From assembly GCA_051362555.1 (NCBI GenBank), contig CM120645.1:20212001-20276000 (forward strand): DNA of 64,000 bases, read 5' to 3'. A program made the translations under genes and the position numbers. Each line of letters begins with the position of its first letter. Position 1 is the first letter of the stretch. Shown here piece after piece: positions 40,001 to 54,216 of this stretch. Under the pieces are notes generated by a model. That model was not told the DNA's origin and did no database searches. It worked only from the letters and a program-made list of their open reading frames with translations. The DNA comes from Lingula anatina. Its lineage: Eukaryota > Animalia > Brachiopoda.

Positions 40001-40966
40001 GAAAAATATCCCTTTGACCGAGTCAACTTTTTTCACCGGTATACATGAACATGTTAAAATAAAATGTAAGCTCGGATAAAAGAAAAAAAATGACCTTTGC
40101 ACAATGAATGAAATTTAGATAAGCCCATAGAACAACTATCAAGAAAAAAAGAAAAAAAGAGAAAAAAAAACACATGAACATCCAATCAAAAACGAAAATA
40201 GCTCTACTTAAAACTGTTAAAAATATAACATCATGAAACAGAAATAGCATTGAAGAAAAAAGATGAATGAAACTAATTGGCCCGATGAGCCAAGGGTGAC
40301 CGTAAAATACAGCCCCATCTACTACGATTAAAATGAATAAATAGCAGGTGCTTGGCCTTTATTAGTAAGGAATAGAAAAAACAACGTACCACTCTATGCT
40401 AAGTGTAGATCCCTCGTAGTAGTACATAGGGTCTCCCACATTGTATCCACCGCGGTTGTTATTTTGGGAATCGAATAACCTGAAATAATATTTGAAAAAA
40501 TGCGATTGCCTATTGATTTCTCAAAAACGCATTTACTTTTGTTCATTTTGCAGATTAAGAATTTTGCAGCTCATCTTCTCTGACCCTTTAACAATGTCGA
40601 ATACAGCTGGACATTACCATTTCTCCCTCTGTCAAAAATAAATTTGATAAGCAAAACGAGACAAAAAAAACAAGCTATTTTTCATCCCTGTATCTTACAA
40701 ATCGTGGTTAAATCGCCCCGTCTACAACATTTTATTAGAATTGTTTCGCTTAGCAAAATATACATGTAGATTCTTGCGGATGCGCACACACATTGCATCA
40801 CGGTTAAGTACACTGATTTCTCGTCTTTCTAGCTAGAGACAAAAAAGTACAATTTTGCAAAAAAAAAAAAAAAAAAGTTAACCGTTACCTCTTGTTATTT
40901 CTCACTTCCCGACCATTACCATTCAGTCTGTTATTGCTTCCTCTGGAAAGAGTAAATAAAATACGT

Positions 40967-41027
<61 letters not shown>

Positions 41028-42029
41028 GTTGTGTGAATATACACCAACTGTAATAATCCCGTTTAGAGGTACTGTAACAAGCACAGGATTAATTACGAAA
41101 GATTATAATTTACGAATTTTTCTGAGGTCCTCAAGTATATGTCACACCTAATGACTTATATCTTATCGAAATTCAAAACTTAAAAAATCGGTAGATATGC
41201 ACTTTAAAGTAATGTCTTCCTCAACTGTAGTAAGTAAGATTTATTTATTGATTGATTGATTTATAAGATTGATTGATTTATTTATCTATTTATTGCTATA
41301 TAAAGGTGTAATAAACATTGCATCCCTTTGTGTTGCGCCTCACGGACGAATCATGCAAACACGAAGGCCTGCGCTTCTTTTTAAAAATGACCACAAGTGA
41401 AAGTTGGGAGGCTTTGATATCTGCAGACATTTCAAGGTTCAGAAAACACAAGAAGGAAGGCACAAAGAGTTATAATACCTTAAAATCAACCAACTGTCCG
41501 CATCAAACGTCCTGAAATCCTTTACCAAATTAATGACGCACATGACTGCTTAAGTAAAGAACGACGTAAATAAGCAGAGGGCACTGGATATGGATTATGT
41601 AACAGAATGATTCGGGATCTATATGCCTATTGTCCTCACTGTCACGATTCTGATGTCAGTGTAGGCCTATATGAAAATCTGTAAGTTATCTTTATTAATT
41701 TATTTAATTTTTTTCTATTGACTAAGTTCCAAGCATCGATTATTATTTGTTTTTCATTTTCTATATATGCTCCATAAAAAGGAAATTATGGAGAAAAACA
41801 CTTAGGGACAGACCTATAGTGTATGCAAGCTGGTGATAATATTTGCACCGCCTGTCGTACTTATTAAAAAACTTACTTAAAGAAACTGTTAACAAACTAT
41901 TAAGATCCTCGATTCCTTTTAATATCTCTGTAGGGGAACGTTAATACCACTCTTTGGGTTAAATTCCCTGTATGAAACCAACCTCAGCAATGAGAGATGT
42001 AGAATAGGATTGATCAGAGAGTCAGATGT

Positions 42030-42075
<46 letters not shown>

Positions 42076-42370
42076 GGTGCTGAGATACGCCCATCTCTGA
42101 CATAATTCTAAAATCGTGGCGCTTACATGAATATCAGGAACAAAAACGAAGATTTCAGATTAAAAACTAAAAACGCCCTTAAAGTTTGGGGCTCCACAAG
42201 CGATGGTTAAAGATATAGGCAGTGGATAACATGTTCATATATACGATCAATTATTAGGAAAAAGCACCAAAAAGAAACACCAAATTGAAAATGTCTTACC
42301 TTGGATTGGTGATATACAAATCACCATGTGTCAAAACCACACAGCACAGAATGAAGCCCAGCCTCTTCAT
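34059..42370 (-). CDS. DD3-3: DD3-3-like protein, paralog C (11 exons, 578 aa, signal peptide)
   Basis: Exons 42300-42370, 40889-40942, 40390-40479, 38006-38216, 37345-37461, 36874-37032, 36550-36746, 35993-36235, 35182-35352, 34662-34912, 34059-34231. Exon lengths identical to paralog B; starts [24 protein letters not shown]. Confidence 0.92.
38531..39963. mobile_element. Non-autonomous CACTG-terminus (CMC/EnSpm-like) DNA transposon in intron 3 of paralog C
   Basis: Perfect 22-bp TIRs cactgtaaaaacagtgtttagc / gctaaacactgtttttacagtg; 2-bp TSD TG; repeated gctaaac subterminal motifs. The empty site is visible in paralog B at ~29468-29495 (gttactgagtgccttcgaccttgacc). Confidence 0.88.
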
Positions 42371-42635
42371 TTTTCTTGCTGATCGTTCAAAGTGAAATTT
42401 AAAGGTTGCGAAATTAATCCCAATGATCCATTTAAATAGTTCCTATCACTCCAGCATTCCGTCTTCGCACGAAAATCTAGTCCATCAGGCTTTTTGCATA
42501 GTCAGATAATCTTTATTCATTTTATTACAATAAACCGGATTACTGACGGTTCTTTTCGCAAGAAAAACGAGTGCTGGGGTACGCCTTTGATTAAAGGACG
42601 TCCACTCAAGAAGACGGCTTTCTTTGGTCTAGACT
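42371..42635 (-). promoter_or_regulatory. Conserved proximal promoter/5' UTR of paralog C
   Basis: Homologous to the upstream regions of A and B; TATTTAAA near 42431-42438. Confidence 0.6.
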
Positions 42636-44476
42636 GTGATTGGATGACAACCAAAAGTGACTCAAGCGGTCGTTGCCTTTCACTTGACTTGGTGAAAATC
42701 AGGAACGTTTCACACACTTTTGCATTTAGTGTATTATTTTTCAGACAAATCGTAAAGACTTTAGAAACTGGGACATAAGCCTTATATGTTGGCTATTCTG
42801 TGCTTTATTTTCTTAATGAATACAGAGGAACGGTGAAATATGACATACCTCTCTATCGTTAAAAAGACAGCTTCTTACCCCACGGACAGTTAACACCGAC
42901 CTGACGCAAGAGAACGACAAATATAACTGATATATCAATATATATGTCAACCAACAAATATTAAACGCATGAATTAACCCTGAATTAAAATCTGTGACTT
43001 TAGCGATAGTGATGTGTGTGTGTGTCTTACGTCTTTATTTTTGTCTTTTTATTTTCAAACGCACTGTGCTGTGTACGTCTTTTGCTCCGATAAGCTTGCA
43101 CGCATTTGGGCCTTAATGTTCTAGGTGACGTTGGATGACAAAATCGAATTTTTATTTCTCTTCCATGCATTATCCTGCTGATGCAGTGCACTCTACTTGC
43201 CTATGGCACAGATAAATATAAGGCATAATAACCACCAACGATCCATGCACGGAGTAAAGTGGTTTAACTAAATAAAGTGCGGCTTCTCATGTATATGCAA
43301 TCAGTGCAATGTGCTCTCTCTCTCTCTCTCTCTCTCTCTCGTTGTGATAGTCCAGAAGACTCAAAACACATTAAAAAGTGCACTAATGCACTAACTAGTA
43401 TCATAGAACAGTTGTGCAGTTGAATGTGCTTTTTTGTATTGTTTTTGAAAAAGGTCCGCATCACGCCTCAGTAGAAAAAAACGTTAAATCTTTGCTGAAA
43501 TCTGCATCATCATGCTGAGAAAGCTGAAGCTTTGAGAGTGATTCAGAAGAGCATGTGCGGTTTCTTAAAATCACGCCCCATGTGCATAGCACGTCCTATG
43601 AGATAGGAAAAACAAAAACACATTACAACAAGCTAAACGAGGACGAACAAAGCCAATTTTTTTCTATTTCGGTGACCTGCAAAGCTCAGTAAATTTTACT
43701 AATCTGTTATTTCACATTTGCACATAGCTTCGCTTAGAAAAAAAGGTTCTACCCTTGTGCCCTCCCCTCCCCTTCAAGAAATTATTCTGAATCCACAGAG
43801 GAAAGCTCCAAGCAGCCAAGTGCCTGTAGCGGTCAGACATGACACACAGGAGGAAGTGAAGGGGCACATACAGGTTGGTTTTTATGGAGAAAAATCTGTA
43901 ACTAAGAATGATGCAATTCTGACTCATATCCGAATTATTTCACTGTGGTCAGGACTAGTCGTGATGAAAATTTGCTGTTTTGCCTATGATAAAAATATTT
44001 GCTGGACCAAGACCAATGCCAACGTGAATTACCTCAAGTTCCGGCACTCTTCGTTGACGCACGTATGCACTCGTTCTCAATATATAGGACCATTTAATTT
44101 TTTATTTCATTAAAAGTAAGCAAGTGGAAGAATTATTTGTCGAGGTAGAGCTTAATCAAGGTGAGTCTAGCAACTTACAAAGTAAAATTATAATTAGCAC
44201 ATTTATCTGTTCTCACACAAACAACATAAAAGGGTTTAATTTGAAATCTTCCTTACAATCGCTCGCAGAATCATCTGTCATCCGCCAATCGATCTAGTTC
44301 ATTTTTACTAAAGTAGAAAATCTGCAACTTTTCAGGAAGCGAGTATGGTGTGTAAAGACCAGTAAACGCCTTGTATGTTTATTTTTTAGTAGCTCGATAA
44401 ATAGCTTGAGGCTAAAAACTGAAAGCCCTTCGTTGCGGTTTTTGGTGCACCACGTCATTATTTTTAGTTGCTTGAT

Positions 44477-44529
<53 letters not shown>

Positions 44530-45808
44530 TATTTATACCCATAAATAAAATCATCAATTTAGTTTCATCCATTATTCGCAAGAGAATATAGTGATAGGAC
44601 ACAGCTGTAATAGAGGAAACACGGCAAAACTGCATTCACATAGAAAATAATTTGCAAACCTTCGTTACCTGGCATTGTGAAAATATATTTTTGAGCTTGA
44701 GGACAAAATGTGCAAGTAAAATAAATATGCATCTCGTAATACCCCTTCAGCGCGGTCTAATTGTTAGTATTTTAATATTAAAATATCGTGCGAATATTAT
44801 CCAAAAGGGTTATTTTTAACACTTTCGTTACCAAAATAGACTAAACCTTCGTTACTTCATCCCCACACTAGCAAGGCACGAATCTTTAGGATTTAAGAAA
44901 ATCCTAGATTTAGCATTTTCTGTCATCATAGATTTAGAAAAGAGTAGAATCCATGACTATCTTTAATTTCATATTTTACTTTTCCGTTTTCTTCAAATGG
45001 ATCTATACACTGAGAATAAGTGTTAATGTATGACAAGTTGGAATTATTTGAATTTGCAGGTTTTAAGCAGTAAACAGTGCGGTAAAGGACAGTAATTTTT
45101 ATCCATTTCTGTTATTTTTTTCACAACAAAAAAGCATATCATAGGCAGTACTCCAGAACATTATAATCTCTCATTATAATCTTTCGTGTGAAAACCATTT
45201 AAGCCAGTATTTATCATTATAATCGATTTTCGATTTTTATATTTAGGGTCTAAAGAGTAAGATAAAGTAGAAAGAAATCCGTCTGTGTTGTCACTTTTCC
45301 AATTACTTCTCAACTGATGCTTCTAAAATGAATATGCGAACACGAATCTTAAAAACAAAAAAAGGAAAAATGCTGTCTGGTACTCCAATTTCTTCATTTA
45401 CGTAGTCTGTCATTGATTTGGCACCCAAAATCACGAAAAAGGCCAACCCCCTTGCCCTTGGGGAAACAGACTGTAAACGGACCTAGATACAAACATCCAG
45501 GCTATATAGATATGTCGACGTCACTATTTTACGGTACTGAACATATTCAATCTACTACATTCTACTAAAAACAAATACTCCACATAAAAGCTAAAGTCCT
45601 TTTATTTCGTCACAAGTAATACGTCATAAAAGATCAACCAAAATTAAGAAAAAAATCTTTGGATGCCATTACATAAAACCATTTTTTCTAAGACAAATGT
45701 TTGTGGTAACTGGATAATTCGAAACAAAAATTCCCCTGCTGCGCGTTGGGTGTTCGTAGAGGCTACAGATATAAGAACAGCCCATATTTTATCAGAGCGC
45801 CATTACAT

Positions 45809-48732
45809 CTACTTCGCAGGTGCATCCCTAGTGATGATTCTTCCCTTCTGGCTTCTGTTAGTGAAGGCATTGTTTCTGGTGCACATAAAGTTAAGTACAC
45901 CGGCTTTACTAAACTGCAGTGGCCCTGTGTCAAAGTATGTACCAGCGTCGTCCAACTGAGACATCTCTCCGCCATATTGGGCTAAAAAGAATGAATTTTT
46001 CAAAATGGTGTTTATTTTTGCGAATATTAAAAACGTATTAGATTGAATAATATAACTGTTTTCAATCTTTGAAGCGTTGTTGCCATAGAAAGCTTTAAAG
46101 GGAGTGGTAACAGTTCATTAGTTTAAAGTGTATTCATGTAAAAGCATGGCATATATTAAAAACATGTACTAGGGTTTCAGTAATGCCAAATAATAATGTT
46201 CCCTAGGTGTCAGCAGTGTCAAATAACAGTACTAACTAGGTGGCAGCAGTGTCAAAAGATAATACTCACTAGGTGTCAGAAGTGCCAAACTTTGTAAGAG
46301 TTCCATAGATGCCCCAGTAAGGTCAGAAACATTTGTCAGGTGCATGGGATAGTTGTTGCCCCATTGACCGACAACGTCAAGTCCACCGAAAGCGGCGCCG
46401 GGCGTTCCCTCGGGGTAGTTTTTGTTCCTCAACATGACCAGGTTGTTGCGGTCAGTACCGGCAAGCCCATTTCCGGCGTTGTTTCGCGGGTTCCTGTTGG
46501 ACCCGGTCCACCTGTTGAGAAATACATATTAATGTCACAATCCTTCATTGTCTGTGATACATTTTATTTCATTTTATTTTATATAATCAAAATAAAGACA
46601 GAAGTGTAAATTTTCGTTTCACACTTAAATAATTGCTAATGAAAATATTAATAAATCAAGCACAGGTAAAATAGTGGAAATATAAAAAGTAGAACAGAAA
46701 TGAAAAAGCACTCCCCTTTTCAATACCAATACCAAACAATGTACCACTGCGAAAAAATACCTTATTAAAAACATGGGCCTTTTACGATTAAGCTGCGTTT
46801 GAGACCTTGCGTATGGAGTGTGTGGCGGGGATTTCAATGTCATCAGTGACTTTACATGAGACTACATTGTGTACTTACTGAATATGTATGTAGTCGTTTG
46901 TGTTGATCTCCAAGGTGTTGGGGACATAGTCGTACTCCACTGCCGGGTACACCTGTTGGTTGTTACCACGTTTTCCTCTCACGTTCAAATTATGGATAGT
47001 AACGCCTTTGAGTTCATCGGGTCTTTCTCTAATGGCGAAAACGTGTGACCTAAGTTGAATAAGAAATAAAAATTGGTTTAGTTAGGACAATTAAATATTT
47101 TGCGAATATCAAGAGGCAAATCTCCTTAGCTGGTGTGTGTGCGTTCGTGCGTGCGTGCGTGTGTGTGTGTGTGTGTGAGCACTCGGCCTACTGAAATGGA
47201 CGAAATCTATGCCTAAGAAAAAAGAACGCACACGTAACTATCATAGTAATATTTGAAGAGATATAAAGAGAGATTTAGATTTTCGTTGTATTTCTGTTGT
47301 AGAAGAAGAACACAAAGAGCCATTCACTCCTCTTGCCTATATACTAGAACAAAAAAGGAAAAAATTCGGCAACGAGGAGTGAGTTAACGTCCCAATGGGG
47401 ATTCCCTACCTTTTAGAATGTGTCATCATTTTATTTTATAAGTTTAGTAATCTTGACCAGATATTTTACCTGTCCTGGAAGGTACGTCCAAATTGTGCGG
47501 TGTTGATGGCTAGCGCTAAATTCACACCGAGGTCGGGAAAGATCTGCACTGTTGGGTTATTCTGGAAGATGTAGCCTCTATTCCTCGCGGCGGCCTCGTT
47601 TGCGAAACCGAATCTCTCTGAATAGTCGATGGTGGAGCCCTCTACCTCATCATTTTCGTTGGAAGATGCGTCAGTGTTCCAAGGATCGTAGTCGTCGGTT
47701 GAAATGTTGTATCTTAGAAACAGAAATACATCCATATCAAATATGTAATATTTCAACCAAAGGAAATATTCTGTCGGTATCATATTATATTATCATTAAT
47801 GGACTACTATCGAGATGGGCTGATGGGCCACTTTTTCCCCTTCCTGAATCTATCAATGTGATATTACCCCAACTCCAAAACAAACCCAGTATTGAATACC
47901 TCACTTACCTCATTCTTAATATACATCTTTCATGTGCAATGCCCTCGGGAATGACCCAATCGTAGGTGTTGAAATACCCTCCAATACCGTTGCCATTGTG
48001 GTTGTCACGTGACCAAGGAGCCAGACGACAATCTGGCGCGGGAAGGTTGTGAGCCGGAAATTCGGTCCATCTGCCTACTTTCTCGCCTTCGTATTCGAAT
48101 TCCTGAAAACCCCAAATTCAGATGATCAGTGCCAGGTGTAACAAAAAAGGACCCGCAGAATGCTAATGATACTTGGTGAGGACCGCCAAAAATAACGTAT
48201 ATACATTATTATTAAGATACATTATTATATTGTTACTTAAGCCGGTAAAAATGCGCCTAAAAACTTATGGTGACATTTCTTTTAAATCAGCAGGTCCAAA
48301 GGAATGGAATCTATTACCACTGGAAATCCGATCAATTGAGTCTACCAAACATTTTAAAAAATAATTGAAGACATACCTCTTCAGGAAATTGTTTGATTAA
48401 TCGACTTTTAAATTGATTTTTCAAATTTTATAGTAATTGCATTTTGCACTGTAAGAAATAAGGCTGTTCTAACTATAATCTTTTCTGTGTGCATATAAGG
48501 CTGTTTTTTTTTATTTAGAAATGATTATTTTTTCTTAACGAACATATTTTAGTTATGTACTGTAAGTGATTTTATGTGAGAATCCGTATGTTTTATCTAG
48601 AATACTCTTAAATATTTTGTCTTTAAGCTCCGTAATTTTTCATTTATCTATTCCTAATAATTGATTCCTGGATTAATTGTTTTATGTATATGTAAAGTCT
48701 TCTGAACATGTTATAATGGATTTAAGACTCAA

Positions 48733-48777
<45 letters not shown>

Positions 48778-51700
48778 AAGCAGACCCCCCCCCCCCCGAA
48801 CCCATCAGTAAATAACTTACGGCACAATCTTCCGCGTTGTTAGGCACAATGATGTTCCTCAGATATCTTTCCATCAAAATCTCTCTGGGTATGACACAGG
48901 CCCATCTTGATTTGACGTTAGCGCTCTCTGTCTTGTAATATTGGCATCTCTCCTCGTCATTGGTCATAACTGCAATGTCCTAAAATATCAAGTTTGCATC
49001 AAATACGATGTTTTTGAGATATGAAATCTGTCGCCATGCCAGGAGCACGCCAAACGGTTTATTTGTGTCAATGCACGAACGGCATCTACGTGAAAAATTC
49101 ACCGATAAATAAAGCAGGTTTTCCCCGCAAGGGTGCGTATTTTCGAAAAGGTAAATTTCACAATTAACAAAATTTATACAAGGAAAAAAATTAACAAATA
49201 CGTCAATTATGTTAGAGAAAAAGTTCGTGGTTTCATTGATTTCAAGATTTACTCATCTGATTTACACTGATCAAGTTTTAAACGCAGTTTTTAATCTTCA
49301 AAGTACCTTCCATGGGGTCGGATGCCAGTATGGGTAGTAATCTTTCTCTTCTGGGCATTCGTAGCCTCTTCTCTGGCCATTGTTGTTCTGACGGGTACGT
49401 CTGGCATCGTTACGGTTCAGGTTCTGTTCAATGATAAAATCAACTTTCTTTGTCACAAATTGTATAAGAACATTTAGTTTTATTGGGAGTTCTTAGCAAT
49501 TCTTAATAGTTTGCATAATACCACTAGATATCTTGATATCAACGCGCTCAGTCAGTGCATGTGCACTGACTGTGTGCACACGTGCCTGTGCGTGCGTGCG
49601 TGCGTGCGAGAGAGAGAGAAAGAGACAGAGAAGAGAAAAAGACGAACTTGTGTCCGTGACGAAAAAAAAAACATTTGTAACATGCAAAATCAACTACTGT
49701 ATACCCACCCTGTCGGCAATAAAAAGTCCCTTGTTTCTCTCCCTGGTGCGGCAGTTCAAATAGTAGTCAAAATCCTCCTGCATGCCAAACTTCATGTCAG
49801 TGTTACAGTCGAAGTTCTCGCACCTGTCATGGCGATCTGGAATGGTGGTGGTGGTAGTACCATCCCTGATCTTGTCGTCACACATGTACTGCAGAACCAG
49901 CTCACAGTGGGCATTCTGGTCTGCACAGGTGTGTTGATTAGTCCTGAAAGCAATAATAATAATAATAATGGAAAACAATAATAAAAGATAATAAAGAAAA
50001 GGTTTTAAAAACAACAATGCAGAGTACACAGGCACACAAGTTTATACCCTAACATGTGCATTACGTGAGAAGATCATTTTAGCGTCCAAAATCTATGAGT
50101 GCATTCCCAGAGATTTAGATCGATCCATCCGGCCCGAACTAACTCCCTGGTGGTTCACACTAAATTGCAGTCAGCCGAGCGCGCACGGTAGTTAATTTCT
50201 CCCTTACAGCTTTTAGTAGGCGGGACAGACGCTTAAGCCGGCTAAGCTGACAGTAATCTAGTGAGACTCCCCACAGGGATAGATCGATCTAAAATCTGTG
50301 GGAATGGGGTCTATGACTCAAAATTCATGTAGCACTCCTATTCTCGGTTTCTGTGCAGTACATATAAGAAAGCGTAAATAGGAGATCTAATGCTTGAATT
50401 TTGTGCTACAAAAACTAAAACTGACAATATGACATTTGCGACTGCATTTAAATGAACGGGAAGGACATCACTTTTGTTATATTTACTAATGTGATTAAAT
50501 ATTGTGGCATTCTTATTTATTAGTTTACTGAACATGACTACAGATAAAGAATGACAATCATTTGGCTAATTTCAAAACATTAATAGCAGGATTGAAATAA
50601 AGGCAAAAACATTGGTAAATGTTTTAGCTATCATAACTTACCATTCGATCGAAAGTTTTGTTCCTTCGTAATAGTACAGGTTTCCCACGTTGTACCCACC
50701 CCGGTTGTTGTTCTGCGAATCGTACAGTCTAAAAAGAAAAAAATGTTTATAAACATAAATAAAATAAAGTTAAAAAGATACAGTGACTATGGAATTGCCG
50801 GCCGCCATACATGAAAACTACGATAAACAAAAATGTGCTACACAAAATGCACAAATTTTAGGGTAATGTTTGGTTCCCCAGTGAAATTATTTCACCCACT
50901 TTTAATTTTTCGAGGGGAAAAGCCGCTCAAAGTTGATTAATATCGCTGGACAGTCATTAAAAGATTGAAGGTCGACCATTTTTGGTGAGTTTGCAAGGAA
51001 CCGGTGTGACGGGAATGGCAGACCGCTAGAATCTGTGGTCCGTTGCCCGTGGGCAGGTGACGTTCGTCTCATATACTAATCCCAGTACTTCGACTAACCC
51101 TAACTTGTACTAATCATACGGGACCGCGGACTTCAAACCTCTACCAGGGCCACAGTTTGACTTTTCACAGGATATTCACAGATATGTATTTAGATAAATA
51201 GACGGTCATTTAACTATCTCTTTGGCTTTCCCATTTTTCTCTTATACAACCTGCCACCCTGGTAGAGGGTAGCGGATCTCCACTTCTTGGATAACCATTT
51301 CAGCCACACCGGTTTCCTTGTCACGTGTTTGCTTTGCCTGAACAACTCCATATATCAGTAGGAAAAACATAGGCCAACCAAATGTTTAAAATGCAATTAC
51401 CAATATTATCAAGTGAATTTAGAAATGGAAATGGCCAGTTGAACAACGTAGTGTTTGCTGGTAGTGCGGGTCGATCTGATATACTTGAAAGTCAATTTAG
51501 AGAAGCAGATTACAAATTGCTTGAAATGATCTGTTAAGACCCTCATTTTAAATACGTTTGTAAATATACCAGCACATACTCTTCAGTGGCTGCAATCATT
51601 GACATCCAACAGTTATAATATATGAGTGGGCGATGGTATGTCCCTTATTACATTTAAAATAAGAATAGAAACTTTTAATTACGTCAAAATCTGTCAACAT

Positions 51701-53287
51701 TATTATCTTAAATGGATGAACGTTTGGTTTCATTATAAATCAGCCCACGATATTTTTAAGGGTTACCCAGGGCTTTGAAGTTGGGCGAGGTACCTTTTGC
51801 TTGTCAATTCCCCTATGTGGGCCCCATGGCGCTAATTTACAAGAAAACCCACATCCAACTCTGAAGTTCATGCAGTAGCACACAATAAAAGAAACAATTC
51901 AAAGGATGAATAAAATGAAAAAAATTATAAAAAATGCCTACCTTGCGTTATTTCTTACGTCACGACCTTCTCCATCCAGTCGATTATTACTACCTCTGAA
52001 ATTTAAGACAAAAAATAAATGTTCATGTTTGTAGAATTATAATAAGCACAATAAGCAGAGCGCAAAAATGTGCTTCTCTTACAATCAAGAAAAATAACAA
52101 ATAGTAGGCATTCTGCTGATACCAGTGGAAGATGAGAATGGTTGCTTAGTTCAGAACCTATGAGTGAATTCCAGATACTTTAAACAATGTTATATCTAAA
52201 TTAACGCAAAAGTACTTAAGTTTTATTACAAATTTGGATTTCGGTGATACAGTGCAAATTCCAAGCCACTTGAATAGACAAACAGGGACAAGCGAGCAAT
52301 CTCCAAAATCACACACGCCCCCCCCCCCAACTGACCCCTTTGATAAGTTGGGCCTTGAACGTGGAAAACCAGTTTGGTGTGCATACTACGTGACTATTGA
52401 ATAAGCCACAAGCGAAAACTACTAGTACTCACATTCCCATTCAATTCAAGAGCTCTTTGTTCTTTGCACCTTGGCCCTTTCTCCTTATGCTAAATACAAA
52501 GTCATGTGCAAATATTTTATTCTCAATATTTTAAGATACCTCCAAAAAAATGCAAAATGTTTCTCGTCAAATGTCATCAAATTTTGTTCGATGGGTAACA
52601 CGCGTGCTTTTATTTTAAACTTAGTTTTTTAAAACCCCAGTTATTTTCTAAATAATCTCCCAATTTCTTTGTTCCGTATTTCATTTATTTCGCTTCTCCT
52701 TCTTTAGCCCCGGCCAATTTCTACAAGGTCTTATGTCGAATGCTATTTGAATATGTACTTTAATTTGTCCTTAAAAAGGTATTCACACCGTCGAGTAATT
52801 TGAGCTTGGCTACTTATCTTACTTCTCTACTCTATTCTCTGCTATTCTATTCCATTTGATAAGCTCATAAACCTTATCATATTGGCTTTCGAAGGTAAAT
52901 ATATATTAGTAATTTCGCCACTGATCTTTTGCAGGGATTTAGATCTCTGCCACGCTCCAATGACAATGTAAATAGTGGTCAATTTAATAATATCGCATAT
53001 CAGACGAGATCTTTACATGCCAATCACCGTAGATGGAGGATGAAAATATCGATTATATTTATTCTTATAATTTTGTACCTCAAGGCCATATACTTGTGCA
53101 CACGGGTGCCATGCCAGATAAGCGAATTCCGAGGTTGGTGAATACTTTTCCACAATAAATGATACCGACGGCAACACGTAAGAGAAAATGTCAGTAAGTT
53201 TCAGAAAAAAACTTACCTTGGATTATGAAGGTAGATATCGGCTTGAGCTAAAACCACACAGCTCAGAATGACGCCCAAGGTCTTCAT
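45809..53287 (-). CDS. DD3-3: DD3-3-like protein, paralog D (11 exons, 581 aa, signal peptide; more diverged from A-C)
   Basis: Exons 53217-53287, 51942-51995, 50642-50728, 49709-49943, 49307-49423, 48821-48979, 47909-48102, 47470-47712, 46879-47049, 46270-46511, 45809-45981. 1746 nt in frame, same intron positions as A-C. Starts [24 protein letters not shown] and ends [10 protein letters not shown]. Confidence 0.92.
46168..46292 (-). repeat. 33-bp tandem repeat (about 4 copies) of the exon 10 end and donor site of paralog D
   Basis: Unit tttg(g/a)cact(t/g)ctg(a/c)cacctag..agta recurs at 33-nt spacing. Confidence 0.8.
48235..48775 (+). mobile_element. 5'-truncated L2/CR1-group LINE tail in intron 6 of paralog D
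   Basis: Translates to [41 protein letters not shown], the typical ORF2 C-terminus (GDRAFS.A.P.LWN.LP..IR...FK..LKTYLF). Followed by an AT-rich 3' UTR and a (TTA)n tail. Confidence 0.8.
50097..50311 (+). mobile_element. ~200-bp MITE family, copy 2 (paralog D intron 3)
   Basis: cattcccagagatttagatcgatc ... gatcgatctaaaatctgtgggaatg; shared core tagtaggcggga..cttaag..ctgacagtaatctagtgagactcccc. Confidence 0.82.
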
Positions 53288-54216
53288 CTTTCTTCTGAGT
53301 CTGTTAGAATCACGCTTGCAAAGACACAAGTTGAAATTTTAATATTTGTCAGTCGTTCTAGTCACTGCCTATTCGCGTGAGCTCAACAAAATAGTTCCCC
53401 GCACTGCCCAAGAGAGCGTCCCGTCATGCTTTGGTTTGACGCAGGTAGGCTAATTATAATTATCACCCATCTTTATCTGATGAATTGCCTTTTGGGGTCC
53501 CCGCCAAGCCCTTTTGTAACGGTCTGCGTGAAATCAGATAGATGATCACGATGGTAAGACAGATGTATATCTGTCACGTAATAGTTGTCACTCATCCACA
53601 AACCGTTACGACAGGGAAAAATGACTTATTATGAATTATTATTATCTTATCGGGCGAAAAAAAGCCACAAAAAACACTAATTTTTCAAACTAAATTTGTG
53701 TCCAAGGGAGTAATCGGATAGGGGAGTGTTCGCGCCACCACCTTTATTTGCATTGATTTTACGTCAAGCGCAGTAATATGGGGTATCTCCATTTATGGAT
53801 GAACATTTGCCTTTCAAAAACTGAGTAAGAATATGAACGATGTGCCAAAGTGCTTGGGATTTATAAAGAAAAGAAGTATTCCCACGAACACTGAAACCAG
53901 CCAGTGGCTAGACGAAAAACTTAAGTGTACCTGTTTTTAAGGTAGGTTTTCTACGACTATGTTATTCAGTGGACCAGGGGCGATATCAGCCGTTTTATCG
54001 ACATAGAGGACTGTTTTTCTGATGTGTCTGATTGGGGTCTTGTGTTTTCAGTTCACTGAGGTGCAGGCGCTTCTCCGAAAACTGTCTCTCGATTATGTCA
54101 TCTCTCTGTTGCGTGAAAGATGCCCTCATCATACATAGTGTTTTTGTTTTCACGTAGCTTTCAGCGTGGACAATTAATCATGTTATCTCACAATATCTTT
54201 TCGCTTTTTAGCCAAG
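53288..54216. promoter_or_regulatory. Short divergent intergenic region between paralogs D and E (candidate bidirectional promoter)
   Basis: The ATGs are ~930 bp apart on opposite strands. An acceptor-like cttttt-ag at ~54204-54211, just before the E start codon, implies a 5' UTR exon still closer to D. Confidence 0.5.
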
